From Candidatus Gottesmanbacteria bacterium UBA5942 (GTDB lineage Bacteria > Patescibacteriota > Microgenomatia > UBA10105 > UBA927): a stretch of DNA of 64,000 nt. The stretch lies in contig DJCU01000001.1 in NCBI GenBank assembly GCA_002430725.1, positions 9,639 through 73,638 on the forward strand. The letters are read 5' to 3'. This document shows, piece by piece, positions 28,009-36,604 of this stretch. A model generated the notes under the pieces. The model was given only the letters and a program-made list of their open reading frames with translations, searched no databases and was not told where the DNA came from. Position numbers and translations under genes: made by a program. Numbering within the stretch: position 1 is the first letter of the stretch; every line of letters begins with the position of its first letter.

Positions 28009-29661
28009 TTAGGTTAGTTTGTCCGACACCCCACCATTTACTACTTCCTGTGCCGGCTCTAAGAAAAAGCCTCGGAAGGCTTGAATTTTTCGTGTCGCCT
28101 TAATCACAGAATATACTTGAGTTACTCCCAACACCCACGAAAGGAAAAAGTACGTCATAATCCCTAAGCCCGCGCTCACTCCGGTTAAAAACAACAGTCC
28201 GAACGTGCGGGTAGTATCAAATACGAGCTGATCGAGTAACTTAAGCGGCACATAGAGTGCGGCACCGGTCACCACCGCGGCAACTCCCATTTTGATAGCC
28301 GGTATTATAAGTACTGGTGATATAACCCCGTTCATTTTCTTGTTAAGAAAATAAAGTAACGCCCCTGCATTTATAATGCTTGCAATAGATGTTGATAATC
28401 CCAACGACCACACCGGCAAATGAAATACTAAGATAAATAACGTGCTTAATACTGAATTGAGAATAACCGTCACTACCCCCACACTCACGGGTGTTTTACT
28501 GTCATATAACGCATAAAATCCTCGCGCAAGGATATGAATAAGTGCTTGCGCAAATAACGATACGCTAAACGCGGAAAGTGTCATACCGGTATCTACGGTA
28601 GCTGCCCAATCAAAACGGGAAGCGCCAAAAACCAAACGAACGACAGGAATACGAAGCACCATAAACAACACCGATGCGGGCAATACCCAAAACAATATTT
28701 GATGAATAGCTGCGTGAATTGTGGCAATAAATTCTTCTTTTTTATCTTTCGCGGCAAATTGCGAAAGTGATGGGAGAGCGGCTTGTGCGATAGTCGTACC
28801 AAAAAGACCGACCGGTAATTGTTGTAAGTGCTGCGCAAAATTAAAGATTGTGACCATCCGAGCTCCCAATAAACTAGCGAGCATAAGGTCTACGGTAATA
28901 TCAATTTGTGCGACCGCCAGCCCCAGTGTTCTTGGCCCCATGAGCCTCCCCACTTCTTTCACCCCCGGCAACTTAGGATCTATATCCAAGGTATGTCGAT
29001 ACCCAAGTCGGATAACTAATGGAATTTGAATGAGAGCAAATAGCAGCGCACCGATAGCTACTCCCACTATTGGCCCCCATAATCCCCAGAGAGAAGAAAG
29101 CGCGACCGTCCCTATAATAATGCCGACATTGTAAAACACCGGTGCCGCAGCGGGAACCAAAAAGAGGCTGTGCGACTGGAGTATGCCAGTTAACACATTC
29201 CCGATTAGTAACGGACCAACCTGGAAAAGTAATATAAATCGAGTGTATGCGCTCATTTGCGCAATCTGCGCTTCATCAAATCCAGGTGCAAGCAGACGTG
29301 AAATTGCGGGCGCTGCAATAAATAATGGTATAGCCACGATCGCCAATATAATAACGCTCAAATTGATAAGCACAGTCGCGAGACGCTCGGCATCTCGTTC
29401 ACGATTGTCTGCCAAATACTTCGTATAGACAGGAATAAACGCTGCGGTGAGCGCGCCCATAACCAACAACTCGAAAATAACATTCGGGATACGAAATGCG
29501 GCAAAATACACACCCAATTCTTCGGGCGCAAAATATGAAGAAAGCAAGCGATCACGAACAAGCCCCAACACTCGAGAAACGAGAACCATGAGTGCTAATA
29601 CACCTGCGGCTGAGCCAATTGTCGTTTGTTTTTTACTCGCCAACGCCCAAAATCGCTTCAT
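28009..29661 (-). CDS. murJ: Lipid II flippase MurJ (MviN).
   Basis: VLGLVRDRLLSSYFAPEELGVYFAAFRIPN MurJ N-terminal signature and 14 TM helices. Confidence 0.9.
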   Translation of the reverse strand: MKRFWALASKKQTTIGSAAGVLALMVLVSRVLGLVRDRLLSSYFAPEELGVYFAAFRIPNVIFELLVMGALTAAFIPVYTKYLADNRERDAERLATVLINLSVIILAIVAIPLFIAAPAISRLLAPGFDEAQIAQMSAYTRFILLFQVGPLLIGNVLTGILQSHSLFLVPAAAPVFYNVGIIIGTVALSSLWGLWGPIVGVAIGALLFALIQIPLVIRLGYRHTLDIDPKLPGVKEVGRLMGPRTLGLAVAQIDITVDLMLASLLGARMVTIFNFAQHLQQLPVGLFGTTIAQAALPSLSQFAAKDKKEEFIATIHAAIHQILFWVLPASVLFMVLRIPVVRLVFGASRFDWAATVDTGMTLSAFSVSLFAQALIHILARGFYALYDSKTPVSVGVVTVILNSVLSTLFILVFHLPVWSLGLSTSIASIINAGALLYFLNKKMNGVISPVLIIPAIKMGVAAVVTGAALYVPLKLLDQLVFDTTRTFGLLFLTGVSAGLGIMTYFFLSWVLGVTQVYSVIKATRKIQAFRGFFLEPAQEVVNGGVSDKLT

Positions 29662-29689
29662 AACTTCCCTATTATAGATCAGAGGTATC

Positions 29690-29719
29690 TTGACCCACCA
29701 GCACCAAGTGCGTTATACT
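29690..29719 (+). promoter_or_regulatory. Sigma70-like promoter of rpsT (TTGACC - 18 nt - TATACT), 7 nt before the ATG. The -35 box overlaps the divergent murJ promoter.
   Basis: TTGACC at 29690-29695, TATACT at 29714-29719, ATG at 29727. On the minus strand, TATAAT lies 9 nt before the murJ ATG. Confidence 0.5.
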
Positions 29720-29726
29720 TCCACCC

Positions 29727-29963
29727 ATGCCAATCATAAAACGAGCTATTAAAAAGTTGCGCCATGACCGTGCGCGCACCTTACAGAACGAAAAATCAAG
29801 AAACACCCTGAAAATGGTGGTTAAAAAAGCACGAAAAGTGCCAACAATTAAATCTATCTCAGAAGCAGCAAGTGCGCTTGATAAGGCCGTCAAAAAACAT
29901 CTTATCCATAAAAACGCAGCAGCCCGCACCAAATCAAGGCTGTCAAAACTTCTCAAAAAATAA
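29727..29963 (+). CDS. rpsT: Ribosomal protein S20.
   Basis: MPIIKRAIKKLRHDRARTLQNEKSRNTLK is canonical S20. Confidence 0.9.
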   Translation: MPIIKRAIKKLRHDRARTLQNEKSRNTLKMVVKKARKVPTIKSISEAASALDKAVKKHLIHKNAAARTKSRLSKLLKK

Positions 29964-30025
29964 TACGTTTTTTAGAGGCATCCCCCGTTTCATTTAGTGA
30001 TTTCCCTTGCTATACTTGAAGATGT

Positions 30026-30577
30026 ATGCCTGCCAATCAAATACGCATTAATCTTTTGGGGACTCAAGATTTGGGTCACACACCATGGGGACGCCTCGTC
30101 TCGTGGGCAACCACATACGGAAGATACATCATGATCACCACTGAAATTGTGGTGCTTTTGGCATTTATATCCCGCTTCAGCCTCGATCGCAAAAATACCG
30201 ACCTAACTGAAGAGCTTGGTCAAAAACAGGCAATTATCGAAGCAAACCTTGAATTCGAACGGGAAATAAAATCATTACAGGCAAATCTTACGACCGCAAA
30301 AAAGCTTCTCACTGATCAAACAAAACCGGTAGAGCTTCTCAATCTTATAGAATCAACGCTCCCTGCCGATGTTTTTCTTTCATCACTCGATATTTCGCAA
30401 ACCAAACTGACACTCACCGCTTCGGCAGGCACGACACAAGGATTTGCACAATTTCTATCAAATATCCAATCGGTTCGCCAACTCCAAAATGTATTATTGG
30501 GAGACATACGGCGCGAACCCACGACAGGTATCGAATTTCAACTCACTGCTGATGTCGCAGGTGCACCAAAAAAATAA
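30026..30577 (+). CDS. pilN: Type IV pilus assembly protein PilN.
   Basis: N-terminal IRINLL motif (the PilM-binding INLLP signature), a single TM, a coiled coil and a C-terminal domain. Confidence 0.7.
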   Translation: MPANQIRINLLGTQDLGHTPWGRLVSWATTYGRYIMITTEIVVLLAFISRFSLDRKNTDLTEELGQKQAIIEANLEFEREIKSLQANLTTAKKLLTDQTKPVELLNLIESTLPADVFLSSLDISQTKLTLTASAGTTQGFAQFLSNIQSVRQLQNVLLGDIRREPTTGIEFQLTADVAGAPKK

Positions 30578-30580
30578 CGT

Positions 30581-31237
30581 ATGGCAAACACACCACTTAA
30601 TCAATCAAGTCTCGATACTCAATTCCACCGATATTACCAACGACTTACCCCTATCATGAAAAAACCAAAAATGCGGGCGTCTACGACCGCGGTTTTTTCG
30701 TTTTTAGCAATCTCGCTATTTACATGGTATGCCATACGACCTACCGCTCAAACGATTATTTTCCTACGCCGCGAAATTTCCGACAAAACAGCGCTCAATG
30801 AACAAATGGAAAATAAAATCACCGCACTCATAGAATCACAAGATACCTATGAAAAGATCAAAGAACGACTTCCGATAGTCCAACAAGCGCTCCCCCCAAA
30901 TCCAGATGGGGTTATACTGGCACGACAATTACGAAATCTCGCTGTTATCTCGGGTGCGTCCATTTCCGCCATACAAGTACCCAGTCTTCCTATCTTAGGA
31001 AAAGAGGCAACGCCAGGAGCAAAACTCGCGCCGCCCAAACCGCTCGAAGAATTTCCTGTGAACGTGGTGCTCACCGGCCCTTATGCATCACTAAAAACAT
31101 TTATTGATGGATTACTGACGCTTCGGCGCATTACATCTATCGACACCATTAATATACGACCAGCCCTTCGACAAGGGCTTTCTCTCGATTCATTACAACT
31201 ATCTATTAAGATACAATCGTATTACTCAACACAATAA
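30581..31237 (+). CDS. pilO: Type IV pilus assembly protein PilO-like.
   Basis: Short cytoplasmic N-terminus, a TM, a coiled coil and a C-terminal domain. Immediately downstream of pilN, in PilO position. Confidence 0.5.
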   Translation: MANTPLNQSSLDTQFHRYYQRLTPIMKKPKMRASTTAVFSFLAISLFTWYAIRPTAQTIIFLRREISDKTALNEQMENKITALIESQDTYEKIKERLPIVQQALPPNPDGVILARQLRNLAVISGASISAIQVPSLPILGKEATPGAKLAPPKPLEEFPVNVVLTGPYASLKTFIDGLLTLRRITSIDTINIRPALRQGLSLDSLQLSIKIQSYYSTQ

Positions 31238-31241
31238 CACT

Positions 31242-31439
31242 ATGGACGAAGAACGGGATTTATTACTTGTTGCAGTATTTACGACACTCACGATATTTTT
31301 GTGGGTATTTTTCGAATTGGTAAAAACATCCAAAACATCGTCAATTGCCACCCCACTTCAGCAAGTCGTGAGTCCACTCACCAGCAAAATTGAAGTAGAG
31401 GTAATTGATGAACTTGAAAAAAGAAGCACATTAGATTAA
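31242..31439 (+). CDS. Small single-TM hypothetical protein in the pil cluster.
   Basis: 65 aa, LLLVAVFTTLTIFLWVFFELV hydrophobic segment, tightly packed between pilO and the next gene. Confidence 0.35.
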   Translation: MDEERDLLLVAVFTTLTIFLWVFFELVKTSKTSSIATPLQQVVSPLTSKIEVEVIDELEKRSTLD

Positions 31440-31443
31440 TGAT

Positions 31444-32733
31444 ATGCAGGAGCGAAAAATTCCAACACTCATCGGATTATTATTAGTAGCCATCGCAGTC
31501 ATGGTATTCCGATTTGCGTTCGATCGTATCAGCCCATATATGTCGCGGGCATCAGCAATACAGTCGCCCCAAAACGTAACCATCAGCAATATTACTGACA
31601 CAGCATTTACTGTGTCATGGCTTACACAAGAACAGACAACGGGGGCAATTGTTGTTGAAGGCATCACGTCTCCTTTTTATGACGATCGTCAACTAACACC
31701 GTCCTCCTCGTCAACGAAACGAGAAGAGTTATTTTTTACTCATAGTGTTTCTATAAGAAATAGTAATCCAGACACCACATATAAATTCCGGATATTGTCC
31801 GGAGGTAAAATCTATACAGATAATGGCAACGCGTACGAAGTGCGCACAGCTCCGCTACTCAATGGCACTGGAACAAATTTAGAACCAGCGTATGGTCAAG
31901 TAACAACGCCTACAGATTTACCAGCCGAAGGCTCACTCGTCTACTTAACCATGACAAACGGGCAAACACTTTCTACCCTTGTTAACACGTCTGGTTCGTG
32001 GGTCATCCCGCTTAACCTTGTCCGCACACAAGACTTAACGAGGTTTATCGAACCTGCCGAACGCATCGATGAATCTATTGTCATCCGTTCACCAGAGGGT
32101 GAAGCCTCTGCGCTCACCGATAGCCTCAATGATAATCCCGTACCTGCGATGACTATCGGTAAAACATACGATTTTAGAAAAATTCAGGCTAACAATCTCA
32201 ATGAAAACAAGAAACTTGCCGAAGCCCCCCCTGCGGTTCTCGGTACGCAAACAAGTCAGGCTGCGCAAACCATCGCAATCACAAAACCAGCGCAAGGGGC
32301 GGCAATACCTTCAAATTTACCGCTCATTCAGGGTACTGGACTACCAGGTAAAAACGTTTTGGTAGTGGTAGGGATACAAAATCCGCTCAGCGCTTCCGTT
32401 ACTGTGGGGGCAGATGGTATTTGGCGATACACCCCCGAACGCCCACTACATGAAGGGAAACAAAGCGTCACTATCACCACTCAAAACGCCCAAAATCAAA
32501 CAAAGGCTATTACACATACCTTTGAAATCCTTAAAAGTGGAACACAGGTGTTGGGCGATGCTACCCCATCAGCAACCATAGAACCTACCCCAACACTCGA
32601 TGAAACACCTTCACCTACTGCAACACTCACCGGAGAAGAAATGCCTACAAGCGGCAATGAGCTGCCGCTCATCATCATGCTTATACTCGGTGCTACATTA
32701 TTATTAGGCGGAGGCAGCTTACTGTTTCTCTAG
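31444..32733 (+). CDS. Membrane-anchored surface protein with FN3-like and Ig-like domains and a C-terminal TM. The N-terminus resembles a degenerate type IV prepilin leader.
   Basis: NVTISNITDTAFTVSWLTQEQTTGAIVV is FN3-like. C-terminus PLIIMLILGATLLLGGGSLLFL. N-terminal RKIPTLIGLLLVAIAV aligns with the KGFTLIELLVV pilin consensus but lacks the Gly and Glu. Confidence 0.5.
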   Translation: MQERKIPTLIGLLLVAIAVMVFRFAFDRISPYMSRASAIQSPQNVTISNITDTAFTVSWLTQEQTTGAIVVEGITSPFYDDRQLTPSSSSTKREELFFTHSVSIRNSNPDTTYKFRILSGGKIYTDNGNAYEVRTAPLLNGTGTNLEPAYGQVTTPTDLPAEGSLVYLTMTNGQTLSTLVNTSGSWVIPLNLVRTQDLTRFIEPAERIDESIVIRSPEGEASALTDSLNDNPVPAMTIGKTYDFRKIQANNLNENKKLAEAPPAVLGTQTSQAAQTIAITKPAQGAAIPSNLPLIQGTGLPGKNVLVVVGIQNPLSASVTVGADGIWRYTPERPLHEGKQSVTITTQNAQNQTKAITHTFEILKSGTQVLGDATPSATIEPTPTLDETPSPTATLTGEEMPTSGNELPLIIMLILGATLLLGGGSLLFL

Positions 32734-32740
32734 CAAAATC

Positions 32741-32760
32741 ACGCATGCATTGCGTTTTTG
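32741..32760 (+). terminator. Intrinsic terminator after the FN3 surface-protein gene.
   Basis: ACGCA-TGCAT-TGCGT hairpin followed by TTTTT. Confidence 0.55.
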
Positions 32761-32887
32761 GTATATCCCAATAACAAGCACTTGACGAAACGAGTAAAAA
32801 CCCGTTAGTCTGATAATAGGTGTACACTTTGTATTCGTAGGCTTACGCGACATATCCTAAGCCGAGAGTACGCATTTAACTAATCTT

Positions 32888-33955
32888 GTGCCAGACGATA
32901 TTTTAGACGCAGCTCAAAAAGCAATAAATGACGCAGCAAAAAACGCCGATGCAGGCGCAGTTCCTGCTGCTCCTCTAAACGAAACACCTGCACCACAAAG
33001 CGCACCGCTACCGCCTGAACCAGTCGAACCAGTAACACCCCCACCTGCAGAAATGCCGCAGTCATCACCGGTAACACCCGAAACACCAGCGTCAACAGAT
33101 GCTCCTACAACACCCACGCAGGCATCCACCGATATGACAAAAGAAGAAATGATGAATGAACTCCTTGGGTCAACGTCAGTCGCTGCCCCAGCGTCAGTGG
33201 TCGTTCCTCCTCCAGAAAAAAGTGGAAAACCGCACAGCGGAAGCTTGCCGCCCAAAAAAACTTCTAAGGTAGGTATTATCGCTGTTATCGCAGCGTTACT
33301 TCTGACGCTCCCAGTTGCGGTTTATTTCATATCACAACAAAACAGTCAGATCGCAGATATTAGAAATCGCGCTGCCTGGGATACGGTATACCAAGGCTGT
33401 ACCGTCAGTCCTGATAGTTGTAAATCACTCGGACCAGGCTGGTCGTGCCATTGTCAAAATGGAACAGCGTGCACCCACACCGAATGCGAATACGATATTG
33501 AACGGAACTGTAGAGACCAAGGGAGACAATACTGCTTGAATGTCTTTAACGGAAATGCCATGACATGTTGCGTTGAAGGCTATGTCTGTGGACCAAGCGG
33601 CGGCTGTGTCCCTGGTGGAGGTGGTGGCGATGATGATAGCGGTGATGATGACGATACGGAGCCAACTCCCACGCCCACCACAGGAATTACGCCAGTCTGC
33701 CAAAATATAAAACTCTACAAAAATGGCACACAGGTTACTGACCTTAACACCCTTCGCGCTGGTGACGAAGTAGTACTCGCTGTCAAAGGCAACCTTTCAC
33801 CAACGAAGGCACACTTTAGAGTTAACGGGTCTGGCTGGACAGAAACCACAACTAAAAATGCAAGCGATGAGTTTACATGGAGTTACACCATACCTGAAGG
33901 TGTACCTGACTTTGTTATAGAAGGCGAAGTGTTTACGAACGGAGCATGGAGATAA
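32888..33955 (+). CDS. Bitopic membrane protein: cytoplasmic Pro-rich N-terminus, one TM, an extracellular Cys-rich module, an acidic linker and a C-terminal beta domain. GTG start.
   Basis: TM VGIIAVIAALLLTLPVAVYFI. At least 14 Cys in CTVSPDSCKSLGPGWSCHCQNGTACTHTECEYDIERNCRDQGRQYCLNVFNGNAMTCCVEGYVCGPSGGCVPGGGGG. Acidic linker DDDSGDDDD. Confidence 0.5.
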   Translation: MPDDILDAAQKAINDAAKNADAGAVPAAPLNETPAPQSAPLPPEPVEPVTPPPAEMPQSSPVTPETPASTDAPTTPTQASTDMTKEEMMNELLGSTSVAAPASVVVPPPEKSGKPHSGSLPPKKTSKVGIIAVIAALLLTLPVAVYFISQQNSQIADIRNRAAWDTVYQGCTVSPDSCKSLGPGWSCHCQNGTACTHTECEYDIERNCRDQGRQYCLNVFNGNAMTCCVEGYVCGPSGGCVPGGGGGDDDSGDDDDTEPTPTPTTGITPVCQNIKLYKNGTQVTDLNTLRAGDEVVLAVKGNLSPTKAHFRVNGSGWTETTTKNASDEFTWSYTIPEGVPDFVIEGEVFTNGAWR

Positions 33956-33956
33956 T

Positions 33957-34685
33957 ATGGGATTTTTGAAAAAATATTGGTATCTACTGCTTGTCACCAT
34001 TATCACTGCTGGCATTGGCGTGGTAGCCTACATTACAAGCACTAAGCTGGAACAACGAGCACCTGTTGCTCCCACTGTGCCGCAAGTCACACCAAAAGCG
34101 ACTGATGTAAACTGCAAACTTGTCTTTAGCATCGAGGCTGAACCAACACCAACACCGACTGACGGTCCGACTCCGACTCCGACACCAACGCCGACACCTG
34201 GACCAACAGCTACGCCTACACCGGAACCAACCGCCACTCCAACGCCTGTCGCTAACAATGAAAATCCGGTCTGCGTAGATCTCACTGTCGAACCTGCAAC
34301 GGGCACTGTCCCCTATACCGTCACCTTGACCTGTATTGGACGGGATGAAGACGGTGATATTACCGCTGCAGAATTTACCATGCCCGATGGATCTACCAAG
34401 CTTGTTGAACAAAATGTTGGCAGCCCAGGGTCACTTACCACCACCTATACAGTTACGACAAGTGGCGCATACAGCTTCTCCTGTCAGGTACGAGACAACA
34501 ACAGCGTTTGGGTATCGTCCGAAAACTGCCGCGTCTCAACAGGGCCAACGCCGCCACCAGGAACTACTGCAACGCCGACTCCTATCCCAACACCGAAAAT
34601 ACCGGTCGCTGGAGTACCATCAGTCCTTGGAGCATCAGCGGTTGCTGGAGGACTACTCTTACTGCTCATCGGGTTAATATTCTAA
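33957..34685 (+). CDS. PKD-like domain surface protein with Pro/Thr linkers and a C-terminal hydrophobic anchor. Paralog of the CDS at 1493.
   Basis: DITAAEFTMPDGS...TTYTVTTSGAYSFSCQVRDNNSV parallels the CDS at 1493-2266. PTPTPT linkers. C-terminus GGLLLLLIGLIF. Confidence 0.55.
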   Translation: MGFLKKYWYLLLVTIITAGIGVVAYITSTKLEQRAPVAPTVPQVTPKATDVNCKLVFSIEAEPTPTPTDGPTPTPTPTPTPGPTATPTPEPTATPTPVANNENPVCVDLTVEPATGTVPYTVTLTCIGRDEDGDITAAEFTMPDGSTKLVEQNVGSPGSLTTTYTVTTSGAYSFSCQVRDNNSVWVSSENCRVSTGPTPPPGTTATPTPIPTPKIPVAGVPSVLGASAVAGGLLLLLIGLIF

Positions 34686-34862
34686 GCCCCACGTACGACC
34701 GAGCTTTTGAGGGGCATCTCTCTTTACTCGTGTATTACTCGTATAACTTCAAAAGCGCGGCTTCTCCACATAAATAGGAGCAAGGGAAACAAAATGATGT
34801 TCTACCCTTTAAAGCAACATATACGCATAGAAAAAAAAGGGGGGGAAGATATAAAGGTGAAG

Positions 34863-35891
34863 CTATTGAAGCTTACTTTTTACGAATGTGTGTACTGCCT
34901 CAAAGCTTTCTTTTGGAAGAAGTACATAGCGCCCATACCACGAACTGGGGGGCGTATACAGCTGATCTTCTATCGATATCCGTTGCGTATTTTCCTTGGG
35001 TATCTGCAAAAACATCTTGCCTATTGTTAGTAGTTCTCCGATATTCAAATCGGTGTCTGTCGCTTCATCAAACGCGCCATATAATTTTTCTACCTCTCCG
35101 GGGTGAAGATAAATATCCTGAGATAATAGCTTTGATTTAAGCGCGAGCAACACTTCCTGTTGACGTCTCCCTCGTGCAAAATCACTTCCTTCGTCCCCTT
35201 CCGCATGCCTACTCCGCACATATTTAAGTGCCAACGCCCCATCCATCGTTTGCAAACCAGCATCAAAATGAAGTGGCTCATACCGGCAACCAAACTCAGG
35301 GTCTCCGCCACATTCATCATTCTCACGACCCGGAATAGGGAACTCTGTATCAGTAAAACTTTTTGGCACATCTATTTCAACCCCGCCCACAAGGTCTATA
35401 ACTTTCCGAAATCCTGAAAAATCCAACACTAATGCATATTGGATAGGAAGCCCTATCATGTCCGATACGATTGCTTTCGCAAGTATTAATCCGCCGCCTT
35501 TTTTCTTTAATTCTCCATAGTGATACGCGCTGTTTACCTTATCTTTGAGCGTATCGCTCCAAATATCACGAGGGACGGAAATCATCGCGAGTGTATGATT
35601 TTTTTCATGGAAAGATAACACAAGGATAGTATCAGTTAAATCAGTACCATCATGATCACCACCAGGAATACCCAAAAGCAAGATGTTTACTCGACCATCT
35701 ATTGGTTTTAAATCTGCGCCCGCATCAAACACCAACTTAAATAGTGTCGTGGGAGTGATACCTGTGGTTGACATAAAATTCTGGGAGATCGCTATGCCTC
35801 GAAGCAACGCATACCCCACCAGCAATATGCTGAGAGCAAGCACGACCCACGCTATTTTTGGCACATGAATACGGCGGATACGCGGTTCCAT
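34863..35891 (-). CDS. LytR-CpsA-Psr (LCP) family cell-envelope polymer transferase.
   Basis: N-terminal TM, LLGIPGGDHDGTDLTDTILVLS...ISVPRD LCP motifs. Confidence 0.8.
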   Translation of the reverse strand: MEPRIRRIHVPKIAWVVLALSILLVGYALLRGIAISQNFMSTTGITPTTLFKLVFDAGADLKPIDGRVNILLLGIPGGDHDGTDLTDTILVLSFHEKNHTLAMISVPRDIWSDTLKDKVNSAYHYGELKKKGGGLILAKAIVSDMIGLPIQYALVLDFSGFRKVIDLVGGVEIDVPKSFTDTEFPIPGRENDECGGDPEFGCRYEPLHFDAGLQTMDGALALKYVRSRHAEGDEGSDFARGRRQQEVLLALKSKLLSQDIYLHPGEVEKLYGAFDEATDTDLNIGELLTIGKMFLQIPKENTQRISIEDQLYTPPSSWYGRYVLLPKESFEAVHTFVKSKLQ

Positions 35892-35905
35892 ATAGATATG
35901 AATAC

Positions 35906-36586
35906 TTACGACAACACAGCGCGAATAAGCGACACAAATTTGTCCGGATCCAGACTTGCCCCGCCGACCCCAACCCCGGAAAGATATGGCTGGTCAGTAA
36001 ACCCTTTGACATTCTCATGTGTTACGCTTCCCCCATATAAAATTGGCACAGTCGGAAAAATCTGCTGTATTTCCATTGCTGCCGCATTTGCGTTTTCTGG
36101 TGAGTCCGATGTACCTGAGCCAATAGCAAACAACGGTTCATAGAGCAATAATCCACTTTTGGCAAACTCCGGTGCAAGCATATTAAGCTGCTTTATTTGC
36201 TCTGTATTTGATACGCAAACAACAGGCTTAATACCCACCTCGATTACGCGCTTTACTTTTTCTGCCACAATCTCATCGGTTTCTCCAAAGTGTTTTCGCC
36301 TCTCAGAGTGGCCAATCATCGCGTGAGTTACATCATCTTTTACCATCGAGGCGGCTACCTCACCTGTATAGGCACCCATATCAAATGGAGAAATATTCTG
36401 TACTCCTGTCGCATAGGTATTACTTTTATGAGCAAACAATGACACGTGATGATATGCAGGGCATAAAATTATAGTGACGTTATCGAGTATGGGAGGTACA
36501 TTTTTAACAAATGACTGTTGCCAAAGCACTGCTTCTGCTGTTGTTTTGTTCGACTTCCAGTTCCCTAAAATGAAAAGGTTTTTCAT
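35906..36586 (-). CDS. tpiA: Triosephosphate isomerase.
   Basis: ILGNWKSN, IGHSERR, YEPLFAIGSG TIM signatures. Confidence 0.9.
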   Translation of the reverse strand: MKNLFILGNWKSNKTTAEAVLWQQSFVKNVPPILDNVTIILCPAYHHVSLFAHKSNTYATGVQNISPFDMGAYTGEVAASMVKDDVTHAMIGHSERRKHFGETDEIVAEKVKRVIEVGIKPVVCVSNTEQIKQLNMLAPEFAKSGLLLYEPLFAIGSGTSDSPENANAAAMEIQQIFPTVPILYGGSVTHENVKGFTDQPYLSGVGVGGASLDPDKFVSLIRAVLS

Positions 36587-36590
36587 GTGC

Positions 36591-36600
36591 TACTATTATA
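36591..36600. promoter_or_regulatory. Shared palindromic A/T -10 region in the 18-bp tpiA/pcrA divergent intergenic spacer.
   Basis: CTATTATAG: TATAAT (minus strand) lies 8 nt before the tpiA ATG, and TATTAT (plus strand) lies 5 nt before the pcrA ATG. Confidence 0.35.
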
Positions 36601-36604
36601 GTCT

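Noticed and set aside
32600-32733. MPTSGNE followed by a hydrophobic helix at the C-terminus of the FN3 protein, considered as an LPxTG-type sortase signal.
   Set aside because: It does not match LPxTG or known variants. There is no basic tail, and no sortase is present in the window.
34831-34845. A8G7 homopolymer tract, a possible slipped-strand phase-variation site.
   Set aside because: It lies in the non-coding spacer between two convergent genes, not in a promoter or ORF, so it is unlikely to phase-vary a gene. Noted only as a sequencing or slippage hotspot.
34707-35030. 107-aa plus-strand ORF spanning the PKD/LCP convergent spacer.
   Set aside because: It overlaps the 3' end of the LCP gene on the opposite strand and has no recognisable features.
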